From: Candidatus Coatesbacteria bacterium
Lineage (GTDB): Bacteria; RBG-13-66-14; B26-G2; WVWN01
Length of the DNA: 54,709 nucleotides
NCBI GenBank assembly: GCA_020356085.1
Contig: CP070633.1
Span: forward strand, 1,336,863-1,391,571
Reading direction: 5' to 3'
Of this stretch, positions 34,265 to 43,817 are shown piece by piece; the stretch's first letter is position 1, and every line of letters begins with the position of its first letter. The notes below the pieces were generated by a model. It made no database searches and was not told where the DNA came from. It saw only the letters and a program-made list of their open reading frames with translations. A program made the translations under genes and the position numbers.

Positions 34265-36052
34265 CTACATATATCCCAGGCTGCGCAATTTCTCTTTGGT
34301 TTCGGCGTCGGCGGCGTCGGCGGAGGCGAGGGGCGGTTGGGCGGCGAAATAGGCGACGAGGCGCCGGCGGAGGTCGTCGACGATTCGGGGTTGGGAAGAG
34401 GCAAGGTTTTCGGTTTCGGCCGGGTCGGCGAGGAGGTCGTATAACTCAACGTCGCCCGTCCGCGGCTCGAGTATGAGTTTGAACAACCGCTTCTCCTCGC
34501 CGCCGGCCGCGACGATCATCTGATAATGGAGGTCGCCTTCCCACGATTCGCCGTAGACCTCGTTTCGCTCTAACTTCGAGTAATCCGGCCGTTTGGCGTT
34601 TGAGCCTAGAGTCCGTAGTATAAACCCGTGGAGCGCCCCCAGGGGGAGCGGTTTCGTCACGTCGACTGCCGGTTCGCCGAAGAGGGACCTCATGCACGGG
34701 CACGGCGCGGAAGGCGGGGCGGCGACGATCAACGGGAGGCGCATAGACGGTTCGTATACGTACCGGCCGTGGTCGTAGTAGTAGTCGTGTTCGCCCAGAC
34801 TCTCGCCGTGGTCCGCGACGGCGACGACGAAGGTGTTATCGCGGAGCCCCGCTTGGTCCAGCGCCCCCAGCAGGCGGCCGATCTCGGCGTCCATAAACGC
34901 CACCTCGCCCTCGTACCGGCGGACGTGCGGGTCGGCCGCGTTCGAAACGTCGCGGAAGGCGGGAGGGGGATCGTACGGCGTATGGGGGTCGAAGTAGTGG
35001 ACCCACAGGAAGAACGGCCGGTTCTCCTCGGCGGCGAGCCAGGCGACGGCGCGGTCCGTAACCTCGTCGGCGGGACGCTGGAGGCGCGCTTTGACGTCGA
35101 CGAGACCCAACGAGCCGGCGAGGCGGGCCCAAGTCAAGCGGGTGGCAGCGCCGGCCACCGCGAAATCGTCGTCGAAGTACTCGAACCCGCGCCCGAAGCC
35201 GAGCTTGGAGGAGACGGGGAACGCGGCGACGACGGCGCCGGTCCGGTAACCCTGCGCTCGCAGCGTTTCCGCCAGCGTCGGTGCCTTGGCCTGAAGCGGC
35301 ATCCCGTTTTGGACGACGCCCAGTTCGCGGGGCGTCCGGCCGGTGAGGAGCGTGGCGTGGCTCGGGCCCGTAAGCGGCATGGGGCAGTAGGCGTGGCGGA
35401 AAACGCGGCTGCGGGCGGCGAGCGCGTCGAGGTGGGGCGTAAGGCCGGGCGGCCCGCCGTACGCGCCCAGGCGGTCGGCGCGCGTCGTGTCCATAGTTAT
35501 TAGGAGCAGATTGGCGGCGCCGGGGGGCGGTTCGGCCGCGGGGGGCTCGAGGCGGCGGCTCCCGCCCGCGGCGCCTATGGCGGCGGCGACGGCACCGACG
35601 GCCAGCGACAGCGATATCACGGCTGCAGCCCCGAATCCGAAGCGTAGTCGCGGCCCGAAACGGACGAACGCCCAGGCGAGTACAAGTAGCGCGACGTCGA
35701 CGGCCAGGCTAAGCGGGTGCAGCTTTCCCGGGAGTACGTTTACGTTGAGGTAATAACCCGCGTAGAAAACGAGAGCGGCCGCGACGGCGATAACCGGGCC
35801 GACGGTCCGCTCGCCGCAGAGGAAGCGGCCCGGCCGCGTTCGACGGAATAACGCGAACGCCGTAGCGGCGAGTCCCGCCGCCGCGGCGCCGAGGCCTAAA
35901 CCGAGGAGGACGAGGAGGGCGGCGCCCCGGGCGGAGGTCGTAAGTTCGGCGTCGAACGCGACCAACGCGGCCGCCTCCCACGCGCCGATAAGGCCCCCTG
36001 TTAAGGAGGCCCCGGTCAAGAAACCTACGATCGGAATTTTCCGTCCGGTCAA
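34265..36052 (-). CDS. Membrane-anchored sulfatase-fold (alkaline-phosphatase superfamily) transferase/hydrolase
   Basis: About 5 N-terminal TM helices, then NLLLITMDTTRADRLG. The nucleophile motif reads LTGPSHATLLTGR, with Thr where true sulfatases have the Cys/Ser of CxPxR. This suggests an LtaS/EptA-like phosphotransferase rather than a sulfatase. The TTG start is uncertain. Confidence 0.7.
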   Translation of the reverse strand: MTGRKIPIVGFLTGASLTGGLIGAWEAAALVAFDAELTTSARGAALLVLLGLGLGAAAAGLAATAFALFRRTRPGRFLCGERTVGPVIAVAAALVFYAGYYLNVNVLPGKLHPLSLAVDVALLVLAWAFVRFGPRLRFGFGAAAVISLSLAVGAVAAAIGAAGGSRRLEPPAAEPPPGAANLLLITMDTTRADRLGAYGGPPGLTPHLDALAARSRVFRHAYCPMPLTGPSHATLLTGRTPRELGVVQNGMPLQAKAPTLAETLRAQGYRTGAVVAAFPVSSKLGFGRGFEYFDDDFAVAGAATRLTWARLAGSLGLVDVKARLQRPADEVTDRAVAWLAAEENRPFFLWVHYFDPHTPYDPPPAFRDVSNAADPHVRRYEGEVAFMDAEIGRLLGALDQAGLRDNTFVVAVADHGESLGEHDYYYDHGRYVYEPSMRLPLIVAAPPSAPCPCMRSLFGEPAVDVTKPLPLGALHGFILRTLGSNAKRPDYSKLERNEVYGESWEGDLHYQMIVAAGGEEKRLFKLILEPRTGDVELYDLLADPAETENLASSQPRIVDDLRRRLVAYFAAQPPLASADAADAETKEKLRSLGYM

Positions 36053-36059
36053 AGTCTCG

Positions 36060-36794
36060 TTACCCGAACTCGACGTAGAACTCCGTGGTCGTTTTGATGA
36101 GGGCGTCGAGCGAGGCTTGCCGCGTTTGGGGATCCGGCGCCTCGGCGAACTCCTCGACGCTGTCGTATACTTTGTCCTTCAGGTCGTCGAACTCGTCTTC
36201 GCGGCCGGCCGCCGACGGCGGCATCATCGACCCGAAGAAGTTTTTCTGGGCCTCGCGCATATTCGGCATGATGTGCTTCATATCGTTGAAGCGTTTTTCC
36301 CGGAACGCGAGGGCCATCTCGTCGGAGATAATGAGCAACCGCACGGCCTCGTCGCCGGCGGTATTAATGTCGTTTTTCTCGTGGAGGTCCAGGAAGGATT
36401 TCTGCGCCTCCAGGATGCTGGCCTGGGCGGCGGCGAAGTCCTCGCCCTCGGCCTGGCTTTTAATGTCGCCCATCAGCTTCGTGAGCGTCGTTATCCGGTT
36501 GGGCCAATCGTTGTCGCCCGCGAAGCGCTCCGGCGGTTCGTCGGGCCAGGCGCTTTTAACCTCTTCGAAGGCCGCCTCCGCCTCCGCCGCGGTTTCCGCG
36601 GCTTTCGCCGAAACCGGCGTCAGCGATACGAACCGAATCGCCTCCCGGAAAGCGTCGTAACCCTCGTCGAATTTGGCGATGTCGCCTTCGGCCGGCGTCT
36701 CGCCCGTTTCCGGCCCGTCCGTCGGTTTTTTCTTGCACCCGAAGCAAACCGCCATTAAGGCCACCAGGCCGAGGCAAAGTATAAGCCTTTTCAT
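36060..36794 (-). CDS. Helical, acidic lipoprotein of unknown function
   Basis: AGGAGGA SD. Lipoprotein signal MKRLILCLGLVALMAVCFGC. No motif I recognise. Confidence 0.6.
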   Translation of the reverse strand: MKRLILCLGLVALMAVCFGCKKKPTDGPETGETPAEGDIAKFDEGYDAFREAIRFVSLTPVSAKAAETAAEAEAAFEEVKSAWPDEPPERFAGDNDWPNRITTLTKLMGDIKSQAEGEDFAAAQASILEAQKSFLDLHEKNDINTAGDEAVRLLIISDEMALAFREKRFNDMKHIMPNMREAQKNFFGSMMPPSAAGREDEFDDLKDKVYDSVEEFAEAPDPQTRQASLDALIKTTTEFYVEFG

Positions 36795-36859
36795 TTCTTC
36801 CTCCTGCTCGGCTTTGCGTAGGATGAATAAAGCCGTTGGTTTTTGCGGAAATTTAACAC

Positions 36860-37999
36860 TTAACCCGTTTGACTGTCAAGGAAATCGTAGAGGCGAGTGG
36901 CCGCCTCCGCCGGCGCAATCTCGGCCAGGCACCGGCGATGGTCGCAGCGCGGGAAGTAGCCGTCTTTGTAGCACGGCGCGCACTCTATTTCTCGGGATAG
37001 GACGAGAGCGGGGGTCTTCCACGGGCCGTTTAGTTTCGGGTCCGTGGGGCCGAAGAAAGCTACGGTGGGAACGCCGGCCGCGGCGGCGAGGTGCATCGGC
37101 GCGGAGTCGTTGCCGACGAACGCCGCGGCGCGCTGCAACAACAGATAGAGCGCGCCGAGCGAGGTCTTGCCGGTAAGGTCCCACGCGCCGACGGCGGCGG
37201 CCAGGCGAGCGTTGGCCTCCCCTTCCGAGGGGCCGCCAACGACGAGGAGGTCGAAGTCCGCCTTTAACCGCGTGCACAGTTCGCGGTAATGTTCCTCCGG
37301 CCACCGCTTAATCTCCATCCTCGTCTTGGGATTGATCCCCCCGCCCGGCGCGACCACTATAACCGGCCGGCCGTCGAACGGCGGCTGCGTCAGGAAATGC
37401 GCGGCCTCGGCTTGCGCCTCTGCGCCCGGCGTAACGAGCAACGGCCCCGGCTCGCCGGCGGCGCCGCAGGCCCGGGCGAGCTCGAAATATTCCTCAACCT
37501 GGTGGGCCTCCGGCGGCAGCGGCACCTTTACCGTATGGGCGAAGCCGTCGCCGTTGCGGTCGAAGCCGAGGCAGTGCGGGATTTTCGTCCACGCGACGAA
37601 CGCGGAAAATTCCCACGCGTGGTGGAAGACGACGGCGAGGTCGAACGATTCCTCGGCCAAGCGCCGCCGGAGCCGCCGCAGTTTACCAGGGCGGGGGCGT
37701 ACGAAAATCCCCTCCGGTACGGTCAGGACGTCGTCGAAGAAGGGGGCGGAGGAGGCGAGAGGCGAGAGAGCTACGCCCGTCAGGAGGGTGAGGTGGGCGT
37801 CCCGGTACAACTCCCGGAGAGCGGCGAACGCCGGCGTCGCCATCACGTACTCGCCGATCGCCCACATTTTGACGATTACAATTTTCCGGATCGCCTCGGG
37901 CGGAGGGAGGGGCGCGGCGCGCGGCTGCAAGATTACCCGGGCCGCGGCGCGGGCTACGGCGCGGTACGCCCTCTTGAATATGTTCTTCCTTTTGGCCAC
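36860..37999 (-). CDS. Glycosyltransferase family 9 (heptosyltransferase-like)
   Basis: KIVIVKMWAIGEYVMATPAFAAL and the C-terminal VGNDSAPMHLAAAAGVPTVAFFGPTDP motif. Confidence 0.8.
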   Translation of the reverse strand: MAKRKNIFKRAYRAVARAAARVILQPRAAPLPPPEAIRKIVIVKMWAIGEYVMATPAFAALRELYRDAHLTLLTGVALSPLASSAPFFDDVLTVPEGIFVRPRPGKLRRLRRRLAEESFDLAVVFHHAWEFSAFVAWTKIPHCLGFDRNGDGFAHTVKVPLPPEAHQVEEYFELARACGAAGEPGPLLVTPGAEAQAEAAHFLTQPPFDGRPVIVVAPGGGINPKTRMEIKRWPEEHYRELCTRLKADFDLLVVGGPSEGEANARLAAAVGAWDLTGKTSLGALYLLLQRAAAFVGNDSAPMHLAAAAGVPTVAFFGPTDPKLNGPWKTPALVLSREIECAPCYKDGYFPRCDHRRCLAEIAPAEAATRLYDFLDSQTG

Positions 38000-38018
38000 T
38001 CGTTTTCGCCGCGCAGGG

Positions 38019-39440
38019 TTACGGGTTTTTATAGCGCCATACGGTCACGCCTCGCCGGCTTTCGACCGCCTCGAAATGCCGGTCGATAACGGGGCGCAAT
38101 TCCTGCGGCGTATCCACCCCGTCCAATACGGTTCTTACCTCGCCGGCGGCGAGGCGCGCGGCCGTCTCCTCGTACGTCGCGAGGTGGTACCGGCGCCGCT
38201 CGGCGGCCGAGAGCCGCTCGCCGATACGGTGCGTGAAGTAGCCGAGTTCCCAGTCGGCCATCAGGCGGCGCTGCGCGAGGGCGGCGTAGCCGGGCCAGGC
38301 AGTAAAGACAGTTTCATCGGCGGCGGAATTCTCGGCCAACAGCCGCGAGGCGGCGTAGACCTCCGCCGGGCCTACCAGCTTTTTGTGCGCGCGGTCGAAT
38401 GCGACTTTGGCCGCCGGCCGTGCCGCGCCGAGGAGGGCGGCGACGGCAACCAAGAATACCGCTATCCATTTGCGTTTCCGGTACAACGCCGCGGCGCCCG
38501 CGCCCGCGGCCGGCGCGAAGGCCGCCACCGCCGGGACGAAGTATTGTTGCTGGCTCGTCCCGGGAGCGAAATTCGCGAGGAGGATTAGCGCCCCGGCCGC
38601 CACCGGGAATACCCAGATCCGACCGTTTCCGGCCGCTAACGCGACTACGGCAAGCCCGGCCAGTATCGCCGGATCCGGCGGCAGCAGGAGGCTGAGGGCC
38701 GCGGCGCCCCGCCCGGCGGCCGGCGCCTCCAGGAATAGGCGGTGGATTCCCCACACGTTGAAGGCGAACGCCTCGCCGGCGGCGGCGCGAAAATACAAGA
38801 GGAGAGGCATAACGGCCAGGAAACCTAAGCACGTGGCGACTTCGAGGCGGAGGCGTTTTCCCGGCCGGCCGGGTACGGCGAACCAGACCCCGAGTATCGT
38901 TGCGCCGAGCGTTACCGCTACCGTCAGCCGCGCCATCGTTGCGACGCCGAGAAGGGCGCCGACGGCCGCGGCGCGGACCCACCCGATCGTCTCTGCTCGC
39001 CCCGGCCAGATCCAGACGGCCACTGCCGCCGCCAGCGGCGCGACGGCCGGCGCGTACGCCTTCGCCGGAACGAGCCACGTCAACGCGAGCGAGGAGGAGG
39101 TGAACAGGACGGCCGTAGCTATCCCGGCTTCGCGGCCGGAGCGCCTCGCCGCCGCGACGCCCAATAACGCGGCGGCGCCGAGGAATAGCGCGACGTTCAA
39201 TGCGCGCGCGCCGTACAGCGACGGCCCGAATAACTTCACGCTGGCGGCGTAGTACAGCGGCGCGAGCGGCAAATGGGGCAGTGCGAAGTCGCGATAGGGA
39301 AGTTCGCCGGAGGCGAGGCGCCACGCCGTATAGAGCCAAAACCCCTCGTCGCGGTCAATCGGCCGGTACCAAATTTGGAGAACGGCCAACGCGGCGAGGA
39401 CGGCCAATACGAATACTACCGCTATCTTTTTTAGCGTCAA
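38019..39440 (-). CDS. GT-C fold membrane glycosyltransferase (GT39 / ArnT / PMT_2-like)
   Basis: Polytopic membrane protein with the first-loop motif DRDEGFWLYTAWRLASGELPYRDF. TTG start. Confidence 0.65.
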   Translation of the reverse strand: MTLKKIAVVFVLAVLAALAVLQIWYRPIDRDEGFWLYTAWRLASGELPYRDFALPHLPLAPLYYAASVKLFGPSLYGARALNVALFLGAAALLGVAAARRSGREAGIATAVLFTSSSLALTWLVPAKAYAPAVAPLAAAVAVWIWPGRAETIGWVRAAAVGALLGVATMARLTVAVTLGATILGVWFAVPGRPGKRLRLEVATCLGFLAVMPLLLYFRAAAGEAFAFNVWGIHRLFLEAPAAGRGAAALSLLLPPDPAILAGLAVVALAAGNGRIWVFPVAAGALILLANFAPGTSQQQYFVPAVAAFAPAAGAGAAALYRKRKWIAVFLVAVAALLGAARPAAKVAFDRAHKKLVGPAEVYAASRLLAENSAADETVFTAWPGYAALAQRRLMADWELGYFTHRIGERLSAAERRRYHLATYEETAARLAAGEVRTVLDGVDTPQELRPVIDRHFEAVESRRGVTVWRYKNP

Positions 39441-39518
39441 AGGTTTACGGTCTCCGTTGCGGGATAATAATATAGCCGCGAGGCGGGGTCAAGGGCGGCG
39501 GCGCGGTCTTGAAATCGT

Positions 39519-39547
39519 TTGCGCGGCCGGCCCGGATTTGGTATATT
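39519..39547 (+). promoter_or_regulatory. Extended -10 promoter-like element for the purine permease gene
   Basis: TTGCGC (39519-39524), 17-nt spacer ending in TGG, TATATT (39542-39547), 21 nt before ATG 39569. Confidence 0.4.
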
Positions 39548-39568
39548 GGCCGCGGGGCGAAAGTCGCG

Positions 39569-41011
39569 ATGGTCGAGAGGTTTTTCCATATAAAAGAACG
39601 CGGCTCTACCGTCCGCCGCGAGGTATTGGGCGGCGTCGTCACTTTCATGACGATGTCGTATATTATTTTCGTCAACCCCGCCATTCTGAGCGCGGCGGGA
39701 TTGGACTTCGGCGGCGCGCTCGTCGCGACTTGTATAGCGGCGGCGACGGGGACACTCCTCCTAGGCCTGCTCGCCAACTATCCCATCGCCCAGGCGCCGG
39801 GGATGGGGCTCAACGCGTACTTCGCCTACACAGTCGTGCTGATGATGGGCGTCCCGTGGCGCACCGCGCTCGGCGCCGTCTTCATCTCCGGCCTCCTGTT
39901 TATAATTTTGACGTTATGCCGCGTTCGTTCGCTTATCGTCGACGCGTTACCGCCGTCGGTGCGGAAGGCGATCGCCGCCGGCATCGGCCTCTTCATCGCC
40001 TTCATCGGCTTAGAGAAAGCCGGGTTCGTAGCTTTAAACCAGGCGACCTTCGTAACCCTCGGCGACGTAACGCACCCGGCGGCGCTGCTGGCCGTCTTCG
40101 GCCTGCTCGTCACGGTTGTCATGCTGGTCCTCCGGTGGCGGGGGGCGCTGTTGTGGGGAATGCTGCTGACGGCCGTCGCGGCGGTCGTCTTCGGCCACGT
40201 AAAATATACGGGTATAATTTCTGCGCCGGAAAGTATAGCTCCGGTTTTCGTGGGGCCGCTCCGCCACCTCGTCGAGGTCGGGCCGCTTCCCACGCCGAAT
40301 CTCTTCCTCGAGATGGACGTCGCCGCCGCGTTCCGCCTCGGCATCTTGAACGTCATTTTCGTCTTCCTCTTCATCGACATGTTCGACACGTTGGGGACGT
40401 TCCTGGGCGTCGCGCAGCACGGCAAATTCCTCGACGCGAAAGGCAACATGCCCCGTATCAACCGCGCGCTTATATCGGACGGCGTCGCGACGTCAGTGGG
40501 CGCGGCGTTCGGAACCTCCACGACTACCTCCTACATCGAGTCGGCGGCGGGGATCGCCGCCGGCGCCCGGACCGGCCTGGCCAACGTCGTCACGGCGGTT
40601 TTGTTCCTGGTCGCGCCGCTATTCCTCCCGCTGGCGAAGATGATCGGCGGCGGGGTCATGGTGACGCAGGCGATGCCGGTGGAGGGCATCCTCGGCGGCG
40701 AGGCTGTCGGCGGCCTGCTGGAGATGACGCGGTTCCTCCAGCCTATCACCGCGCCGGCCCTCATAATCGTCGGTTCGTTTATGCTTACGGGGCTCCGCGA
40801 TATCAAATGGTCCGAGCCGGTGGAGTCGATCCCGGCGTTCTTGACGTTAATCGCGATCCCGCTGACCTTCTCGATCGCTAACGGAATTACGCTCGGCTTC
40901 ATCTCGTACCCGATCGTAATGATTTTCGCGCGGCGGTGGCGGGAGGTAAGCCCGCTCGCGTACATACTCGCCGTATTGTTCGTCGTGCGGTTAATCTTCC
41001 TCGCGGCCTGA
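39569..41011 (+). CDS. NCS2/AzgA-family purine (adenine/guanine/hypoxanthine) permease
   Basis: MVERFFHIKERGSTVRREVLGGVVTFMTMSYIIFVNPAILS is a hallmark N-terminus for this family. Chosen over the overlapping 39457..40881 frame. Confidence 0.85.
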   Translation: MVERFFHIKERGSTVRREVLGGVVTFMTMSYIIFVNPAILSAAGLDFGGALVATCIAAATGTLLLGLLANYPIAQAPGMGLNAYFAYTVVLMMGVPWRTALGAVFISGLLFIILTLCRVRSLIVDALPPSVRKAIAAGIGLFIAFIGLEKAGFVALNQATFVTLGDVTHPAALLAVFGLLVTVVMLVLRWRGALLWGMLLTAVAAVVFGHVKYTGIISAPESIAPVFVGPLRHLVEVGPLPTPNLFLEMDVAAAFRLGILNVIFVFLFIDMFDTLGTFLGVAQHGKFLDAKGNMPRINRALISDGVATSVGAAFGTSTTTSYIESAAGIAAGARTGLANVVTAVLFLVAPLFLPLAKMIGGGVMVTQAMPVEGILGGEAVGGLLEMTRFLQPITAPALIIVGSFMLTGLRDIKWSEPVESIPAFLTLIAIPLTFSIANGITLGFISYPIVMIFARRWREVSPLAYILAVLFVVRLIFLAA

Positions 41012-41030
41012 GTCCCGCGGGGCCGCCCTT

Positions 41031-42998
41031 ATGACTAATAATAATTCGAGACCTCGTGAACGGTATTACGTCGCCGCGGCCGTCGCGCTCGCGGCGTTCG
41101 TCATCTACGCCAAGACGCTGTGCGGCGACATCTTCTGGCAAGACTCGGGCCTATTCAACCGTTCGGTGGGTATGCTCGGGAGCGGCGTACCGCCGGGGTT
41201 CCCGGGGTGGCATCTGGCCTGTTACCTCTTCACGATGTTGCCCGGGATAACGCCGCTCGTGGGGATGAACTTGTTCTCGGCTTTGCCCGGCGCGGCGACG
41301 GCATTTCTGATCGTCCTCTTGGTGTATGAGTTGGCGGGAGAGGGCGTCGCGACGGCGGCCGGCGGCGCCGTGGCCGCGCTTGCGTACTCGGTCGGGCCGA
41401 CGGTATGGCTCCAGTCGACGACGTGCGAGGTATATACGCTGAACATGGCGCTTACGGCCGCGACCATGCTGGCGCTGTTCGCGTGGCGGCGACGGGCCGA
41501 GACGCGGTGGTTTTACCTGGCGGCGTTCTTGTACGGTCTGGCGTGCACCAACCATCCCCAGCAAGCGGTGCTGTTGATCCCGTACGTCGCGTTCGTCCTG
41601 TGGTACCGCCGGCAGGCCGGCCTGGCCCCGCGCGACTTTTTCCTGGGGGCTGCGCTCTGGTTGGGGGCGATGTCGGTTTACCTGTATTTACCGCTGCGGT
41701 CGGCGGCCGGCGTGGAGCAAAACTGGGGGAACCCGCGGACGTTGTACGGTTTGTATTTCCATTTGACGTGCAAGGAATTCCAACACCAGATGTTCAGCGC
41801 GCCGGCGGCGGTCGTAGCCTGGCGGACTAAGACCGCGGCGTGGCTGTACTTGGACCAATTCTGGTGGGTTGGGCTCGGCGCCGCGGCGGTGGGGGCCGTC
41901 CGGCTGGCGTGGCGGCGGCGGCTCGATTTCTTATATCTCGTACTCATCGCCTTCTTCACGCTTATCCTGACGGTCAACTACCCCTCGTTCGGCTTCCGGG
42001 CGTGGTATTTCCCGTTCTACATGTTGACGGCCATATGTGCCGGCGTGGCGGTCGCGTGGGTGGGCGGCCTTCTAGCGCGGTGGCGTTCCGCGGCGGCGTA
42101 CCTCTTGGCGCTCGCGGCCGTCGCGACCGTAATCTTCCCGGTAGTCTCACGCTTCTACCAAGCGGACCGTACCTATTACCCTTACGTCCGCGACCTCGGG
42201 GCCAATTACCTCCGCCCGGTCGGTTACCGCGACTACCTCTTCCTGGGTCAGGAGAACTCCTCCCCCACCACCGGCATCGAGGCGATTACGACGTTGGAGT
42301 ACGCCCGGCCGGACATCTTCTACGTCGACATTACCGGCAACGCCAACTACTTCGACGTCTTCGATTTCGGCAGCGAAGACATGACGCACGCTCCGACCGA
42401 GGCTATTGGCGTTTACTACTATAGAATTATTTCCGCGGTGATATCCAACCCGCGGTACGACTATTACTTTTTATACCCCCACGAGTATATCGAGGCGTGG
42501 GGGTACCGCATGGTCCGCGACGGGACCGTCTACCGTGTGGTCCGCGGGTGGGGAGGCGTTCCCCGCGCGGACGTCGTCGCGCGGTTCGAATTGCGGGGCG
42601 TCGAACCGACGCGGGAGTATTGGGACCATTGGACGCGAGGTACCGTTGGAACGTTCTTATACGAGCTACAACAATTCTACGAACCGTGGGATTCGGGGCG
42701 GGCGGAAGAGTATTTCGCCTCGGCCGAGCGGATAGGGCGGCGGGCTCATTCAGTACAGCATAATTTGGGCACCGTGTTCTACTTGCGGCGGGAGTACGAG
42801 CAGGCCGTCCCGTATTTCGAACGGGCCGTGGTTCTAGACCCAACTTCCTCCTTCACGCGGTATCTACTGGCGGATTGCTACGAGCAGACCGGGCGGCGGG
42901 AGGAATCGCGGGTCGAGCTGGAGGAGGCGCTCCGCTACCAGCCCGATTATAAGCCCGCGCTCGTCGCCTTCGATACCGGCAGTTTCGTGACGTGGTGA
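41031..42998 (+). CDS. DUF2723 (TMEM260-like GT-C) membrane protein with C-terminal TPR repeats
   Basis: FWQDSGLFNRSVGMLGSGVPPGFPGWHL first-loop motif, about 11 TM helices, and a C-terminal TPR region (NLGTVFYLRREYEQAVPYFERAVVLDP...). Confidence 0.65.
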   Translation: MTNNNSRPRERYYVAAAVALAAFVIYAKTLCGDIFWQDSGLFNRSVGMLGSGVPPGFPGWHLACYLFTMLPGITPLVGMNLFSALPGAATAFLIVLLVYELAGEGVATAAGGAVAALAYSVGPTVWLQSTTCEVYTLNMALTAATMLALFAWRRRAETRWFYLAAFLYGLACTNHPQQAVLLIPYVAFVLWYRRQAGLAPRDFFLGAALWLGAMSVYLYLPLRSAAGVEQNWGNPRTLYGLYFHLTCKEFQHQMFSAPAAVVAWRTKTAAWLYLDQFWWVGLGAAAVGAVRLAWRRRLDFLYLVLIAFFTLILTVNYPSFGFRAWYFPFYMLTAICAGVAVAWVGGLLARWRSAAAYLLALAAVATVIFPVVSRFYQADRTYYPYVRDLGANYLRPVGYRDYLFLGQENSSPTTGIEAITTLEYARPDIFYVDITGNANYFDVFDFGSEDMTHAPTEAIGVYYYRIISAVISNPRYDYYFLYPHEYIEAWGYRMVRDGTVYRVVRGWGGVPRADVVARFELRGVEPTREYWDHWTRGTVGTFLYELQQFYEPWDSGRAEEYFASAERIGRRAHSVQHNLGTVFYLRREYEQAVPYFERAVVLDPTSSFTRYLLADCYEQTGRREESRVELEEALRYQPDYKPALVAFDTGSFVTW

Positions 42999-43816
42999 GG
43001 CGGGCTCACAAAGGGCAGGTATTTTTAGTCGATAACGAATACCTGCGGCGAGTGGCGGAGACGGCCCAGATCGCGCCGACCGAGGTCGTGCTCGAGATAG
43101 GGATGGGGCGGGGGGAGCTAACCCAGCACCTCGTCCGCCGCGCCCACGAGGTCGTCGCGGTCGAGGTGGAGGAGCGGTTCGTCGACGCCGCCGCGCGCGA
43201 TTTCGTCTCCTACGACAACTTGACGGTCGTGCACGCCGATATCCTGGAGGTAGCGTGGGAGGATCTGGTCCCCGCGCGTAGCCCTCTCGTCGTCGTGGGC
43301 AACCTCCCGTTCTATATCACCGGCCCGATCCTGAGGCTCTTAACCGAACATCGCGCCCAGATCCTCCGGTGGTCGCTCCTGCTGCAGCGGGAGGTCGCCG
43401 TACGGATCTGCGCCTCTCCCGGGGGCCGCGAGTACGGCGCGCTCTCCGTGAAAATGCAAATCTGGGGCGAGCCCTACCTCGCGTTCGTCGTCCCGGCGGA
43501 GGCGTTCGATCCGCGGCCGGGAGTCGACGCCGCGCTGGTTACCTATCGTTACGCCGAAGCGCCTCCCGTGAGTTGGGATTCGGCTGGGTTGTTCGATAAT
43601 TTCGTAGATTTTATCTTCGGGGCGCGGCGCAAGAAAATTGGGAACCGGGTAGCCACCCTACTCGGCGGCGCCCTCTCGGCCCGGGAAATACAGGCCCGGC
43701 TGGAGGAGGTCGGCGGGGAGGCGGGGGCGCGGCCGGAACGTTTCTCGCCGGCCCAATTCGCGACTTTATTCCAACTCCTGCGGCCGTACTTGGAGGCCGA
43801 CGTCCAGGGGGTATAA
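42992..43816 (+). CDS. rsmA: 16S rRNA (adenine1518/1519-N6)-dimethyltransferase
   Basis: GQVFLVDNEYLRRV, SAM motif VLEIGMGRGELT, and GNLPFYITGPIL. Overlaps the previous gene by 7 nt. Confidence 0.85.
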   Translation: MVRRAHKGQVFLVDNEYLRRVAETAQIAPTEVVLEIGMGRGELTQHLVRRAHEVVAVEVEERFVDAAARDFVSYDNLTVVHADILEVAWEDLVPARSPLVVVGNLPFYITGPILRLLTEHRAQILRWSLLLQREVAVRICASPGGREYGALSVKMQIWGEPYLAFVVPAEAFDPRPGVDAALVTYRYAEAPPVSWDSAGLFDNFVDFIFGARRKKIGNRVATLLGGALSAREIQARLEEVGGEAGARPERFSPAQFATLFQLLRPYLEADVQGV

Positions 43817-43817
43817 G

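Noticed and set aside
34246-34449. A Pro/Ser/Thr-rich 68-residue N-terminal extension of the M29-like ORF, and similar 5' extensions of hutI (33273-33302) and the UMF1-type MFS gene (31996-32070)
   Set aside because: The extensions overlap the 3' ends of the upstream genes and have atypical composition. Internal ATG codons give N-termini that match the respective families.
39441-39568. A possible purine riboswitch upstream of the NCS2/AzgA purine permease
   Set aside because: With the promoter-like element at 39519-39547, the leader would be only about 15-20 nt. I cannot find the conserved purine-riboswitch loop or junction sequences anywhere in the 128-nt intergenic region.
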